DNA from: Promethearchaeia archaeon
GTDB taxonomy: Archaea; Asgardarchaeota; Lokiarchaeia; Sigyniarchaeales; SOKP01
Length of the DNA: 64,000 bases
NCBI GenBank assembly: GCA_046497275.1
Contig: JAWOFX010000041.1
Coordinates: 8,484 to 72,483 of the forward strand
Direction of reading: 5' to 3'
A program made the position numbers and the translations under genes. The stretch's first letter is position 1; each line of letters begins with the position of its first letter. Shown piece by piece: positions 46,835-56,424 of the stretch. The notes below the pieces were generated by a model. It was not told the origin of the DNA and did no database searches. It saw only the letters and a list, made by a program, of their open reading frames with translations.

Positions 46835-47050
46835 ATAAAAATTAAGCAGATAAGTGAATTAATCGATAGCGGTGTATATGAAACATTTGTTCCAGATAAG
46901 CCAATGACCGTTGCTGATCTCTTAAAAGAATTAGATTTGGAAGATAAATATTTCGGGATTTTAGTAAATGGTAAGAAAGCCGATCCAGAAACAAGTATTA
47001 AACCTACCGACGAAATCTGTATCCTTCCTCACATCGCCGGCGGAAATTAG
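46835..47050 (+). CDS. Unannotated ThiS/MoaD/SAMP-like beta-grasp protein ending ...ILPHIAGGN
   Basis: The frame is open from 46823. It reads (L R V G) IKIKQISELIDSGVYETFVPDKPMTVADLLKELDLEDKYFGILVNGKKADPETSIKPTDEICILPHIAGGN-stop. Pattern VNG...D.I.ILP..AGG is typical of ThiS/MoaD. The only in-frame ATG (46904) is too late, so ATA 46835 or ATT 46841 would be the start. Confidence 0.55.
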   Translation: MKIKQISELIDSGVYETFVPDKPMTVADLLKELDLEDKYFGILVNGKKADPETSIKPTDEICILPHIAGGN

Positions 47051-47159
47051 ACACATATATCGCTAGTGGATTATAAAACCAATTAAGGTTTTTTTATTCT
47101 TTTTTTTAAAATTCTAAGGCAATTAGGGAAGCCTTAAAATAATAATTTGGAAGCATAAT

Positions 47160-48140
47160 TTATTTAATTTTGAATCGCATTAAGTCTTCCGCTAATATGG
47201 TGTTTGGAAAAATCTCTTGTGCATCCTTTAATAATTGTTCTGCTTCACCTTGATAGCGATTAGAGATGTGAGTTAAAATTAATTGTTTGGCATTCATCTC
47301 TTTGGCATCACGAGCGGCATCCACGGAGGTAGAATGTTTTTTTTCATGAGCAATATCTGCTAATTCTTTTGCGTAAGTCGCTTCATGGATTAGGACATTA
47401 GAATCCTTTCCTAACTCAATTAAACTCTCACATGGCAGTGTATCGGCGGAGTATGTTATTTTCCTTCCAGGTCTTTTTGGATCCACAATACCCTCTTTAA
47501 TTGGATTAATAATTTTATCTTTATATTCCAAGGTCTCTCCTTTTTGTAATTGTTTCCATAATCTACTCTCAGGTATACCCAATTCTCGCGCTCTTTCGGG
47601 ATGAAATTTCCCATATCGAGGCTTTTCTATAAAAGCATATCCAAAGGTTGAGACAGAATGGTTCATTTCATCGTATTTGATGAAGTAGCGATTTTTTTCA
47701 AAAATAATATTCTCTTTTATAGGGATTTCTTTTTGCGGAGATTTTGATTTTAATCCTTCATATTCATATAACAGTTTATTTTCGTTATCGATTTCATAAA
47801 TAGTAAGGGGATAATTTGCTTTTAATCCCAAGATGGCTTGATGCATGAATAAATAAAGATATAGGTTTGGATGGCCAAAAATCTTTACTGGGGCCGTCCG
47901 TTCAATAAGCGAGAACCTGAATAATAACCCAGGAAGACCCAGAATGTGATCTCCGTGGAAATGAGAAATTAAAATGATCAATGGTTTATTGAATTTAAGA
48001 TTTGCTTCATTAAATTTGCGTTGGAGATCTTCTCCACAATCAAACAATATGATATCAGATCTATATTTTAAAGCAGTTGCTATTAAATTACGATTTTTAA
48101 CAGGAATAGCTGCTGAAGTTCCTAAAGTTATAATTTCCAT
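47160..48140 (-). CDS. rnz: Ribonuclease Z (tRNA 3' endonuclease, MBL fold)
   Basis: MEIITLGTSAAIP..., LFDCGE, ISHFHGDHILGLPGLL, and C-terminal HSTS/LTHIS motifs. Confidence 0.8.
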   Translation of the reverse strand: MEIITLGTSAAIPVKNRNLIATALKYRSDIILFDCGEDLQRKFNEANLKFNKPLIILISHFHGDHILGLPGLLFRFSLIERTAPVKIFGHPNLYLYLFMHQAILGLKANYPLTIYEIDNENKLLYEYEGLKSKSPQKEIPIKENIIFEKNRYFIKYDEMNHSVSTFGYAFIEKPRYGKFHPERARELGIPESRLWKQLQKGETLEYKDKIINPIKEGIVDPKRPGRKITYSADTLPCESLIELGKDSNVLIHEATYAKELADIAHEKKHSTSVDAARDAKEMNAKQLILTHISNRYQGEAEQLLKDAQEIFPNTILAEDLMRFKIK

Positions 48141-48156
48141 AATTCAAAATTTGTCT

Positions 48157-49506
48157 TTATTTTCTTAGCTCCGCAATTTCTATTAAATGTTGAGTATTTT
48201 CTTTTTTTAATTCATTAACTAAGCTTTTGAGTTCTTGGATTCTAATTAAAAGATTCGTTGATTTTTCAGAGATTTCATTCTCGGACTGTTGTGTTATAGT
48301 TTTGATTTGAGTATTTAGGTTTTTAATTTGTTGATCTTTTGTAGCGAGTTTTTCTTGAAGATTCTCAATTTCAGAATTACATCTCATCGCTTCGTTTTTG
48401 ATTGCTTCAATCTCTTCTTGTTTATTTAATAATAATTCTTCTTTTGATAGAAGTTTTGATTTAAGATCATCAATGAGGTCATTTTTTTCTGAAACAGTAT
48501 TCTTCAATTTATCATCTATCTTGGAAACAACTTGTTTCCCTTCAGTTTTTTGTTTAAGTTGAGTTTCCAATTCGTTAATTCTAATTTTTGCTTTATTTAA
48601 TTTTTTTTGAAGCTCATCTGTTAATTCCGAAATCATGCCAGAATTCGGTAAAGGGACATTATTTAAAAGGGAGTCTGATTTTGTATTTTCTAAATCAGAA
48701 ATTCTTTTTTCAAGCTCTTTAATTTTTCTTGTCTTATCATTTAATTGCCGCTTTAATTGATTTACATCCTCCTCAGTTAAAATTACTTCATCCTTAATAT
48801 TTTTAAATCCTGAAACATTCTCAACATCCTCATATTTAGAAAGATGTTGATAGAGAATTTTCACTTGTCTTTTGGTTTTATTCAATTTATCTTGCAATTC
48901 TTCTGTTAAACTTTTTGTAATTGTGTCGGTAGTCTTTCCCTTTAATGTTCCTTTTTCTTTAGTTTCTAATTGAGCTTTCAATTGAGAGATTTCTTCTTGA
49001 AGGGAGACAATTTTTTGATCTTTTGTTTTTTGATCGCTTTGGATTTCTCCTGAATCAATCTCATTAATGGATTCTCCTTTCTTGAGTTTGTCTATAACAA
49101 TTTGCTGTTTATTTATTTTATTTTGCAATTCTTTTACTAAGGCTTCAAAAGGACCAGATTCTGTTTTCTCTTTAATCCGAATAACGGTGGATTCATTTTT
49201 TGGTGGAATTCCTTTTTCTATTTGTTTTTGGAGTTCTATTTTTTCTTTCCTGAGAAAACCCATCTTATTTTTTAATTCTCTCAATTCACGCTCTTTCTGA
49301 TCCAGTTCTATAGATAGTTTTGTTTCTTGCACTTTTTCTCGATCGAACCCACCTTCACTTTCTGCCTCTTCAATAAGGCCTTCTAATTTTAAAACATTAT
49401 TCTCCAATTGTTCAATGCGATCAAGATATTGATTTATATCTCTAGTTTTCTCTTCCAATTCTTTTTCTAATTCATTTATGCGAGCTTGGAAAGCTTGTTC
49501 TGACAT
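48157..49506 (-). CDS. 449-aa coiled-coil protein (E/K/Q/L-rich heptad repeats), unknown function
   Basis: Almost entirely heptad-like sequence (ELEKELEEKTRDINQYLDRIEQLENNVLKLEG...). Ends 16 nt upstream of the rnz start on the same strand. Confidence 0.5.
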   Translation of the reverse strand: MSEQAFQARINELEKELEEKTRDINQYLDRIEQLENNVLKLEGLIEEAESEGGFDREKVQETKLSIELDQKERELRELKNKMGFLRKEKIELQKQIEKGIPPKNESTVIRIKEKTESGPFEALVKELQNKINKQQIVIDKLKKGESINEIDSGEIQSDQKTKDQKIVSLQEEISQLKAQLETKEKGTLKGKTTDTITKSLTEELQDKLNKTKRQVKILYQHLSKYEDVENVSGFKNIKDEVILTEEDVNQLKRQLNDKTRKIKELEKRISDLENTKSDSLLNNVPLPNSGMISELTDELQKKLNKAKIRINELETQLKQKTEGKQVVSKIDDKLKNTVSEKNDLIDDLKSKLLSKEELLLNKQEEIEAIKNEAMRCNSEIENLQEKLATKDQQIKNLNTQIKTITQQSENEISEKSTNLLIRIQELKSLVNELKKENTQHLIEIAELRK

Positions 49507-49836
49507 TTTTTTGAACCACTCAATTGTAATTTATTCAAGATTCCTTAGTGCTATATTATGATAATAATAGATTTATAATTATTATTATTTAGCAAATCAA
49601 GAATAATCTATCTTTACCTATAATTAAGCGTGATCCTAGGGAGATTAATTTAAATTCTTAAATTTAATCTTTTATCAAGTTTTAATTTTTGTTTAACTAT
49701 TGAGGAATGTTGAAACGATCTAAAATTTCTATATCATTGCGCAATCAAATCAAAGAATTATTTAATTTGAGAGAATTTTTATAATTCAATATTAAATTTA
49801 ATTCTAATATTAGTATTTATTAGTACAAAACTTAAA

Positions 49837-50706
49837 ATGACTTTAATCACTTTAAAAGAGATTTTAATCCCAGCGCGTAAGGAAAAATACGCTGTGGGAA
49901 GTTTTAATATCCTTAACTTACAAATGATTAGAGGTGTGATTGAGGCTGCCGAAGAAGAGCGATCTCCAGTTATTGTTGCATTTGCTGACATATATTCTAA
50001 AACAGTTCCTATTGATATTATTTTTCCCGCAATGGTGAAAATGGCAAAAAAATCAAAAGTACCAGTGACCGTGCATTTAGATCACGGCCTTAGTTTCGAA
50101 TCAATAATATCTGCTCTTAGAAATAATTCTTCGGGTGTAATGTATGATGGATCTTCCCTCCCTTATGATCAGAATGTTAAAAATACTAAAGAAATCTGTA
50201 AAATTGCTCACGCATTTGGTATATCCGTTGAGGCAGAAATCGGACATGTATTAAGAGAGGAAAATAATGATGACAAAAATGTGAAACCTAAAGAGGAAAC
50301 CATTTATACAGAACCCGAAGAGGCGCTTAAATTTATAAAAGTAACTAATGTTGACGCATTAGCAGTTTCCATTGGTACCGTCCATGGGATCTGTTTAGAA
50401 GAGCCAAAAATAGACTTTGATCGTCTTTCGAGGATTAATGAGATTTCTGAAGTACCTTTAGTATTACATGGTGGTTCTGGAGTTTCAGATAATGATTTTA
50501 GAAAATGTATTGATAATGGAATTTCAAAAATTAATTTTTTCTCACGCACATCAAATGCAATTGCGGAATCTGTAAAAAACAAATTAAATAGCTTAAACAG
50601 AAAGGCTCTTTATCAAGATATTGACCCCGTTATTTATAAAACTTGTAAAGAAAAAGTCAGAGAGAAAATTAAGGTGTTTAGGAGTAATGATCGCGTTTCT
50701 ATTTAA
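49837..50706 (+). CDS. Class II (metal-dependent) fructose/tagatose-bisphosphate aldolase family protein
   Basis: AVGSFNILNLQMIRGVIEAAEEERSPVIV, HLDHG, EAEIGHV, GTVHG and LVLHGGSG motifs. Confidence 0.8.
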   Translation: MTLITLKEILIPARKEKYAVGSFNILNLQMIRGVIEAAEEERSPVIVAFADIYSKTVPIDIIFPAMVKMAKKSKVPVTVHLDHGLSFESIISALRNNSSGVMYDGSSLPYDQNVKNTKEICKIAHAFGISVEAEIGHVLREENNDDKNVKPKEETIYTEPEEALKFIKVTNVDALAVSIGTVHGICLEEPKIDFDRLSRINEISEVPLVLHGGSGVSDNDFRKCIDNGISKINFFSRTSNAIAESVKNKLNSLNRKALYQDIDPVIYKTCKEKVREKIKVFRSNDRVSI

Positions 50707-50729
50707 TCAATAAGACATATCTTATTTTA

Positions 50730-51641
50730 TTATTTTATCAAATTTGCGATCAATTTCTCCATAAATATGTTTGGACCATCAGATTTGGAAAAATTCATGG
50801 AATATGTAATTGGTTTTGAATTTTTAATAGAAATTTTATGTTTGATTAGTCTTCCAGGTTGTTCTTCAGTATCTACTTTAAAATAAAAATCTTTAAAAGA
50901 AAATAGATTAGGTTCTAGTAAATATATCGGAAGAAATGCATCAAAAGGATAAAAGCCCTTACTCAGATTATGTTGCCAGAGATTTAACCATGGTTCAATA
51001 TATTTAATTAAAAATTCTATATAGGGAGTTTTATCAACATTTTTAATCATATCTAAATGTTCTTCTTTAAAAATTGCTTGACAACAGATATCTAAGCCGA
51101 AGCCTATTCGGGGAGTCTGGGTTTTGGGTTCTATCACCAATTTTGTTGCAATTGGATCTTGATTAAAATTGAATTCATTAGTGATAAAAATTGAATCCCC
51201 AAAAGTGAATTGGGGACTAAATGAAAATGAGGGATTAATTACACCTCCCATAAAAATATATTCCTTGAGATCATCAATAAAATCGGGATAAATCTTTATT
51301 GCAGTCGCAATATTCGTCAAAGGTCCTAAACTTAATAAGGTAATCTGATTGGGATATCTCTTGACTTGCTCAATTAAAAATTCAACCGCTGGATTAGACG
51401 TTCCAAGATCATTAGAATTTGCTGCCCCTCTATAATGAGGGATACTTAGACAATCTTTAAATTCTAAATATTTTTTTAATAGTTTAAATCCCTTAGTTAT
51501 ATTAGTATTTCCAAAAACTGTTGTGATTCCTTTTATTCTAAACTTATTTCTATTATTTAATAGAATAAATAATGCTAACCCATCATCAACATCCGAACCT
51601 CTGCTTCCTAATCCAGGATCGCAATCAATTATTAGATCCAT
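50730..51641 (-). CDS. Inosine-uridine preferring nucleoside hydrolase family protein
   Basis: N-terminal DCDPGLGSRGSDVDDGLAL (the DxDxxxDD motif with an insertion), and TTVFGNTN. Confidence 0.75.
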   Translation of the reverse strand: MDLIIDCDPGLGSRGSDVDDGLALFILLNNRNKFRIKGITTVFGNTNITKGFKLLKKYLEFKDCLSIPHYRGAANSNDLGTSNPAVEFLIEQVKRYPNQITLLSLGPLTNIATAIKIYPDFIDDLKEYIFMGGVINPSFSFSPQFTFGDSIFITNEFNFNQDPIATKLVIEPKTQTPRIGFGLDICCQAIFKEEHLDMIKNVDKTPYIEFLIKYIEPWLNLWQHNLSKGFYPFDAFLPIYLLEPNLFSFKDFYFKVDTEEQPGRLIKHKISIKNSKPITYSMNFSKSDGPNIFMEKLIANLIK

Positions 51642-51685
51642 TTTGTTATTTGTATCTCCACTTCAATTATTTTTTTTATGTATTA

Positions 51686-53602
51686 TTAAAACATCCTTAA
51701 GGCTTCTTGTGATGAATGATTGATATCTTTTAATATTGGAATGAGAATTAATGAATTGAGAATAATAAAAGATACTAAGATAATGCCATTTAAAAGAAAA
51801 GGAATATAGAGAGGAGGAAGATTTACTCTCTCAAATAAAAATAGCGCATTAATTATCATCCCACCTGCTAAACTTGTAATAACAGCAGGTATTAAAATAA
51901 AAAAAGCTTCAAAAAACAGTATTTTTCCGATATTGATGAGTTTAGACCCTATTGATCGCATTATAAGAAAATCTTTTAATTGTTCAGCAAGATCTCCTTT
52001 TTGAAAGTGGTAAAGGGAATATAATGATACTATTGAGGTTAATATAATCAATAAAATTGAGTATAAGGACAAATAATTCAGATAAGATAGATTTACGTTA
52101 AAATCTTGATTTAAGCACAAATAGGTAAAATCTGGTCCCAAATTAGCAGTAATATTTGATTCTAATTGATCTTCTATTTGGGAAAAAGCATTTGATTCCA
52201 TTTGTAATAGAATAATATTTATCTCATCATTAGTCAAATTCAATATTGATCTGTACTGTTCGATATCAATATAAACACTATACCCAGAATAAAAGGGATC
52301 AATTACGATTCCCGAGACTGATGAACGCTGCCCAGTTTCGAATTGCAGTTCCTGACTAAAAGCATATTCAAAAAAATTATAAGCTAATCCATCACCTATA
52401 GTTATATTATCATCTGTGGGATTTTGACTATTAAAAAAATTACCTTCAATTTCATACTCTTGGATTAAGTTAGTTGAATTTAATCCTATAACTGGGAAAG
52501 TGCCTTCAGTATTATGTCCAATTGAAATATACTCTCCTCCCCCTGATATGATGTAGGTTTGCAGCTCCTTAATTTTTGAAAATTGAATAAGTCTTTGATC
52601 TATTTTCTCAATTCCACTGATATTGCTGATTTGATCTATTTGACTAAAGTTGAAGAGATATTGAGAGTTAGTGAAATTCACAGCATCCTCATCAACAAAA
52701 ACGGTTGGATCTGAAAACATCCTATACATAGAGGAGTAATTATTTACAATATCATTATGACCTATAACAATTATATTATTGCCTTGAGCTTTATTGATCC
52801 AATTAGATGATGATGAATTTAGAACCATCGCACCTAATCCAAGGGTGAAAAGAATCAAAGAAATAAGAAAAAAAATAAGAAAAAACCGCTTAAACTTTCC
52901 TTTCTTCCTAGTTAAATTTAGAATCGCATATTTGACATTTAAGCCAAAAGAAGAGATCCATTTTGGAACTAGCTTCAATGGAGATGAAACATTATAGTCC
53001 GCGGGGATATCCTCAGAAAAGCTATTAATAACTGGTTTTCTTCCAATGCGTCTTAATTGGAAGCCTGGTAACATTATTGATGCAATTGCACATGAAAAAA
53101 ATAAGAGAAGCGAGAATACCAATTCAAACTCAAAACTAATAGAAAAGAGGAAAATAGAAAAAATAACTTTAAAAACTCCAAAAGAAATAAGACCTATTAT
53201 CCATCCTAGAAAAAACCCTAAAATATAAATGATAAATGCTTCAAGAAGATAAAAACTATATAATTTTTCTGGTAAAGTCCCAAGCGCCTTCATGATTGAC
53301 ATATCTCTTTTTTTGCTAATAATAAATGAAGAACAGATAATTGTGACCATTAATAACGCTAAAATGAAGTTTAAGATCATTAGAAGTGTGTTGAATTGTG
53401 TATAGACTATACTTATCGCACCGGAAAAAAAATAAGGATTGGTATAAGTCCTATCTTGTCTAATAAAATTATTCAAGTTTAATGCACTAGAAAAATATAG
53501 TAAAAAAATGGAAATAGTTATGGTTAATGCGATAGTAATGACATATGGAAAATTTTGCTTCCTTTTTCTATAAAAATCTTTAAGTGCAAAATCCAGAGTC
53601 AT
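51686..53602 (-). CDS. FtsX/MacB-type ABC transporter permease (two 4-TM FtsX modules with large external loops)
   Basis: TM clusters at the N-terminus, middle and C-terminus. Follows a LolD/MacB-type ATPase on the same strand. Confidence 0.65.
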   Translation of the reverse strand: MTLDFALKDFYRKRKQNFPYVITIALTITISIFLLYFSSALNLNNFIRQDRTYTNPYFFSGAISIVYTQFNTLLMILNFILALLMVTIICSSFIISKKRDMSIMKALGTLPEKLYSFYLLEAFIIYILGFFLGWIIGLISFGVFKVIFSIFLFSISFEFELVFSLLLFFSCAIASIMLPGFQLRRIGRKPVINSFSEDIPADYNVSSPLKLVPKWISSFGLNVKYAILNLTRKKGKFKRFFLIFFLISLILFTLGLGAMVLNSSSSNWINKAQGNNIIVIGHNDIVNNYSSMYRMFSDPTVFVDEDAVNFTNSQYLFNFSQIDQISNISGIEKIDQRLIQFSKIKELQTYIISGGGEYISIGHNTEGTFPVIGLNSTNLIQEYEIEGNFFNSQNPTDDNITIGDGLAYNFFEYAFSQELQFETGQRSSVSGIVIDPFYSGYSVYIDIEQYRSILNLTNDEINIILLQMESNAFSQIEDQLESNITANLGPDFTYLCLNQDFNVNLSYLNYLSLYSILLIILTSIVSLYSLYHFQKGDLAEQLKDFLIMRSIGSKLINIGKILFFEAFFILIPAVITSLAGGMIINALFLFERVNLPPLYIPFLLNGIILVSFIILNSLILIPILKDINHSSQEALRMF

Positions 53603-53631
53603 AGTTTGAGTTATCTTTATTTTCTATTTTT

Positions 53632-54390
53632 TTAACTTTGAATAGATTCATTAATGATTTTACCATCATGGAACTCCAAAATTCTATCTGCCAATTCCAA
53701 TAAATACTCATCATGAGTGGCAACTAAGATCGTTTTTTCCATTTCTTTTATATCCAAAAATAAATCCCTAATGAAGATGCTTGTGTTTTTGTCTAAATTT
53801 GCAGTGGGCTCATCTGCTAAAATGATTGGGGGATCATTAGCTAAGGCTCTGGCAATCGCCACCCTTTGTTGTTCACCTGCACTTAACTGGAAGGGAAGAT
53901 GTTCACGCCGTTCTGAGAGTCCCACTTCTTTCAATAAATTTACTGCTATTTCTCTCTGCTTTTTTAGTGGTGCTCCTATAAGACTAATTGGAAACATGAC
54001 ATTTTCCTCAGCTGTTAAAGTACTTATCAGATTATAATTTTGAAAGATGAATCCAGAATTGATCAAGCGAAACACAGCGAGAGATTCTTGATCCATATCT
54101 GAGATTCTCACACCAAAAGAATAAATGTCACCTTTCGTTGGACTTACTAAACCCCCAATCAGATTAAGAAGGGTAGTTTTTCCAGCCCCCGAGGGACCTC
54201 TAATTACTATGAATTCTCCCTCTGTAATTTCAAGATTCACCTCATCCACAGCTCTGACTATAAATTCCCCAATTTCAAAATCTTTTATAATATCGATTGT
54301 TTTAATAACAATCTTCTTGTCTAATTGCCTTTTTGAGGTTTTTAAGTTATTATTGCTCTGATCTACTTTTAGATCGGTTGAATCCGACAT
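53632..54390 (-). CDS. ABC transporter ATP-binding protein (LolD/MacB type)
   Basis: Walker A GPSGAGKTT, signature LSAGEQQRV, Walker B ILADEPT, and H-loop ATHD. Confidence 0.85.
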   Translation of the reverse strand: MSDSTDLKVDQSNNNLKTSKRQLDKKIVIKTIDIIKDFEIGEFIVRAVDEVNLEITEGEFIVIRGPSGAGKTTLLNLIGGLVSPTKGDIYSFGVRISDMDQESLAVFRLINSGFIFQNYNLISTLTAEENVMFPISLIGAPLKKQREIAVNLLKEVGLSERREHLPFQLSAGEQQRVAIARALANDPPIILADEPTANLDKNTSIFIRDLFLDIKEMEKTILVATHDEYLLELADRILEFHDGKIINESIQS

Positions 54391-54918
54391 AATTTATTCT
54401 CTACCTTACTACAAGAAAACAAGTTTTTTCTAATTAATTAATATCTTTTAAAATAAATAGATTTTTATTTATCTAATTTCATTTGGAAGTGTTTTAATAT
54501 TTAAATCAAATAGTTTTCTAAATAAGGTAGAATGAGAATTTGAAAAATTTGATAATAAGGTTTTTAAGTATCTTCTACTTATTTATAATTCAGAGAGAAA
54601 TATAGCGAAATTGCGGAATAATATCCCCTAAAAATTAGCTCTTTGCAAATATCTTGCTAATTAGGGAATTTCCTAATTAAATGGTATAACTAAATTTTAT
54701 CCCAAAACTTGTTTAAAGTTTTTGCGATTTTGCTTTTTTCTCTTTCTCTTTCTTTTTTCTAATATGATTAGATCCAATCTCATGAAAATATTATATTTTT
54801 ATACTTTAAAGACAAATAGACTATTAAAATAAAGTTTACTAAAATTTAGATAAAATTAAGTTTAATAGTAAATTTATTGATATAATTTTGAATAAAAAAG
54901 AAGAGATTAGGATAATTA

Positions 54919-55551
54919 ATGGAATTTGAACAATTGACAGAATTGATAATAGAACTTGAATGTGACGATATTCAAGAGGCTGTAAAAGAAGCTTTAGGGG
55001 AGGGAAAGGATCCTTTTGAAGTGCTTAATGCATTAACGGAAGGAATGGATGAGGTGGGAAGAAGATATGAGGAAAAGGAATATTATTTAACTGAGCTCGT
55101 TCTCGCAGGAGAAACGATGAAAGAAGCCTTCACAGTTTTACAACCCGCTTTAGCCAAAGCGGATCAAACTCAGGTTAAAACGAAAGTTATTCTTGCTACA
55201 GTGAAAGGAGATAACCATGATATTGGAAAAAATATATTAGCCTCTCTACTTTTAAGTTCTGGGTTTGAAATTCATGACCTTGGGATGGATGTGGGCGAAA
55301 AAGAAATTGTAGAAAAGGTTAAAGAAATAAATGCAGATATCGTGGCATTAAGCACTCTCCTCACAATGACAGTGGAACAAATAAAAGTTGTGGATCAAGC
55401 TCTTAAAGATGCAGGCTTAAGAGATAATGTGAAGCTTATTGTTGGAGGCGCACCTCTCAATGAGGAATTAGCTAAAGAATTAGGCGCGGATGATTTTGCA
55501 GAGGACGCTGTTGAAGGAGTTAAACATATTAAAGCCTTAGCTGGAAATTAA
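54919..55551 (+). CDS. Methyltransferase cognate corrinoid protein (B12-binding domain with N-terminal helical cap)
   Basis: DxHxxG motif GDNHDIGKN, SxL motif ALSTLLT, GG motif IVGGAPL. Length 210 aa. Confidence 0.8.
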   Translation: MEFEQLTELIIELECDDIQEAVKEALGEGKDPFEVLNALTEGMDEVGRRYEEKEYYLTELVLAGETMKEAFTVLQPALAKADQTQVKTKVILATVKGDNHDIGKNILASLLLSSGFEIHDLGMDVGEKEIVEKVKEINADIVALSTLLTMTVEQIKVVDQALKDAGLRDNVKLIVGGAPLNEELAKELGADDFAEDAVEGVKHIKALAGN

Positions 55552-55651
55552 AACATTCTTATTCTTTATTTTTCCTTTTTTTTGATTTTAATATTTAGGC
55601 TTTTATAAATAATTTATATTTTAAAAGTAATATTTCGAAATACTTTATTAC

Positions 55652-55680
55652 TTAATGAAATTAATGTTCAATTTCATTAA
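55652..55680. promoter_or_regulatory. Perfect 11-bp inverted repeat TTAATGAAATT-N7-AATTTCATTAA upstream of the TusA-DsrE-IscS-IscU operon
   Basis: Arms at 55652..55662 and 55670..55680, about 80 nt upstream of the ATG at 55760. A second palindrome, TATTTCGAAATA, lies at 55631..55642. Confidence 0.3.
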
Positions 55681-55759
55681 TTCATAATGAAAACCTTTTT
55701 CACTTCAGTTAACCATGAATAAAGTGATAAAAAAAGTATATATATAGGAGGTAAAAAAA

Positions 55760-56014
55760 ATGAGTGAAGAAAAAACAGAAGAACCGCTTTTTGATGTTGA
55801 ATTAGATACAAGAGGGTTGTTTTGTCCTGAACCTTTATTTGAAATAAGAAATCTCTCAGAGGAATTGGAAATTGGTCAATGTTTTAAAGTGATCGCGGAT
55901 GATCCCGCTGCTGAGGAAGATTTTAAAAGGTGGGCAAAACGAACAGATACAGATATTATTGATTTCAGTAAAAAAGGAGACGACTTAATATTCTATTTCA
56001 AGAAGAAAAAATAA
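55760..56014 (+). CDS. TusA/SirA-like sulfurtransferase
   Basis: LDTRGLFCPEPLFEIRN contains the conserved CPxP motif. GGAGGT lies 8 nt upstream of the ATG. Confidence 0.7.
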   Translation: MSEEKTEEPLFDVELDTRGLFCPEPLFEIRNLSEELEIGQCFKVIADDPAAEEDFKRWAKRTDTDIIDFSKKGDDLIFYFKKKK

Positions 56015-56028
56015 TGAGGTGAAAAAGC

Positions 56029-56388
56029 ATGGAAAAAAAACATCTTTTATATGTTCAAACCACAGATGCTTCTGAAAAGCAATATTCCCCATTAGTATTA
56101 GCCCAAATGGCTGTAGCAATGGATTTAAAGGCGACAGTATATTACTTGGGAACAGGGTTAAAAATCTTAAAACTGGGTGAGGCGGAGAAAATTAAACTAG
56201 GAAATTTTCCAAGTGTGAGAGAGATGATTGATCAAACAAAAGAAGCAGGCGTGGAAATTTTAGTCTGTGAAGCATCAAAACGTATGTTAGGATGGGAGAG
56301 TGTTGAGTTAATCCCTAGAGTGAAAATAGTTGGGGCTGCGACCCTAAATGATTTGGTGTTGGAAGCAGATGGAACAATGTGGTTTTAA
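56029..56388 (+). CDS. DsrE/DsrF-family sulfur relay protein
   Basis: Length 119 aa. Pattern LLYVQTTDA...ILVCEASKRMLG...GAATLNDL resembles the DsrE/F fold family. Confidence 0.55.
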   Translation: MEKKHLLYVQTTDASEKQYSPLVLAQMAVAMDLKATVYYLGTGLKILKLGEAEKIKLGNFPSVREMIDQTKEAGVEILVCEASKRMLGWESVELIPRVKIVGAATLNDLVLEADGTMWF

Positions 56389-56424
56389 TTAATCAAAAAT
56401 AAAAAACAAAATTGAGGTTAAAAA

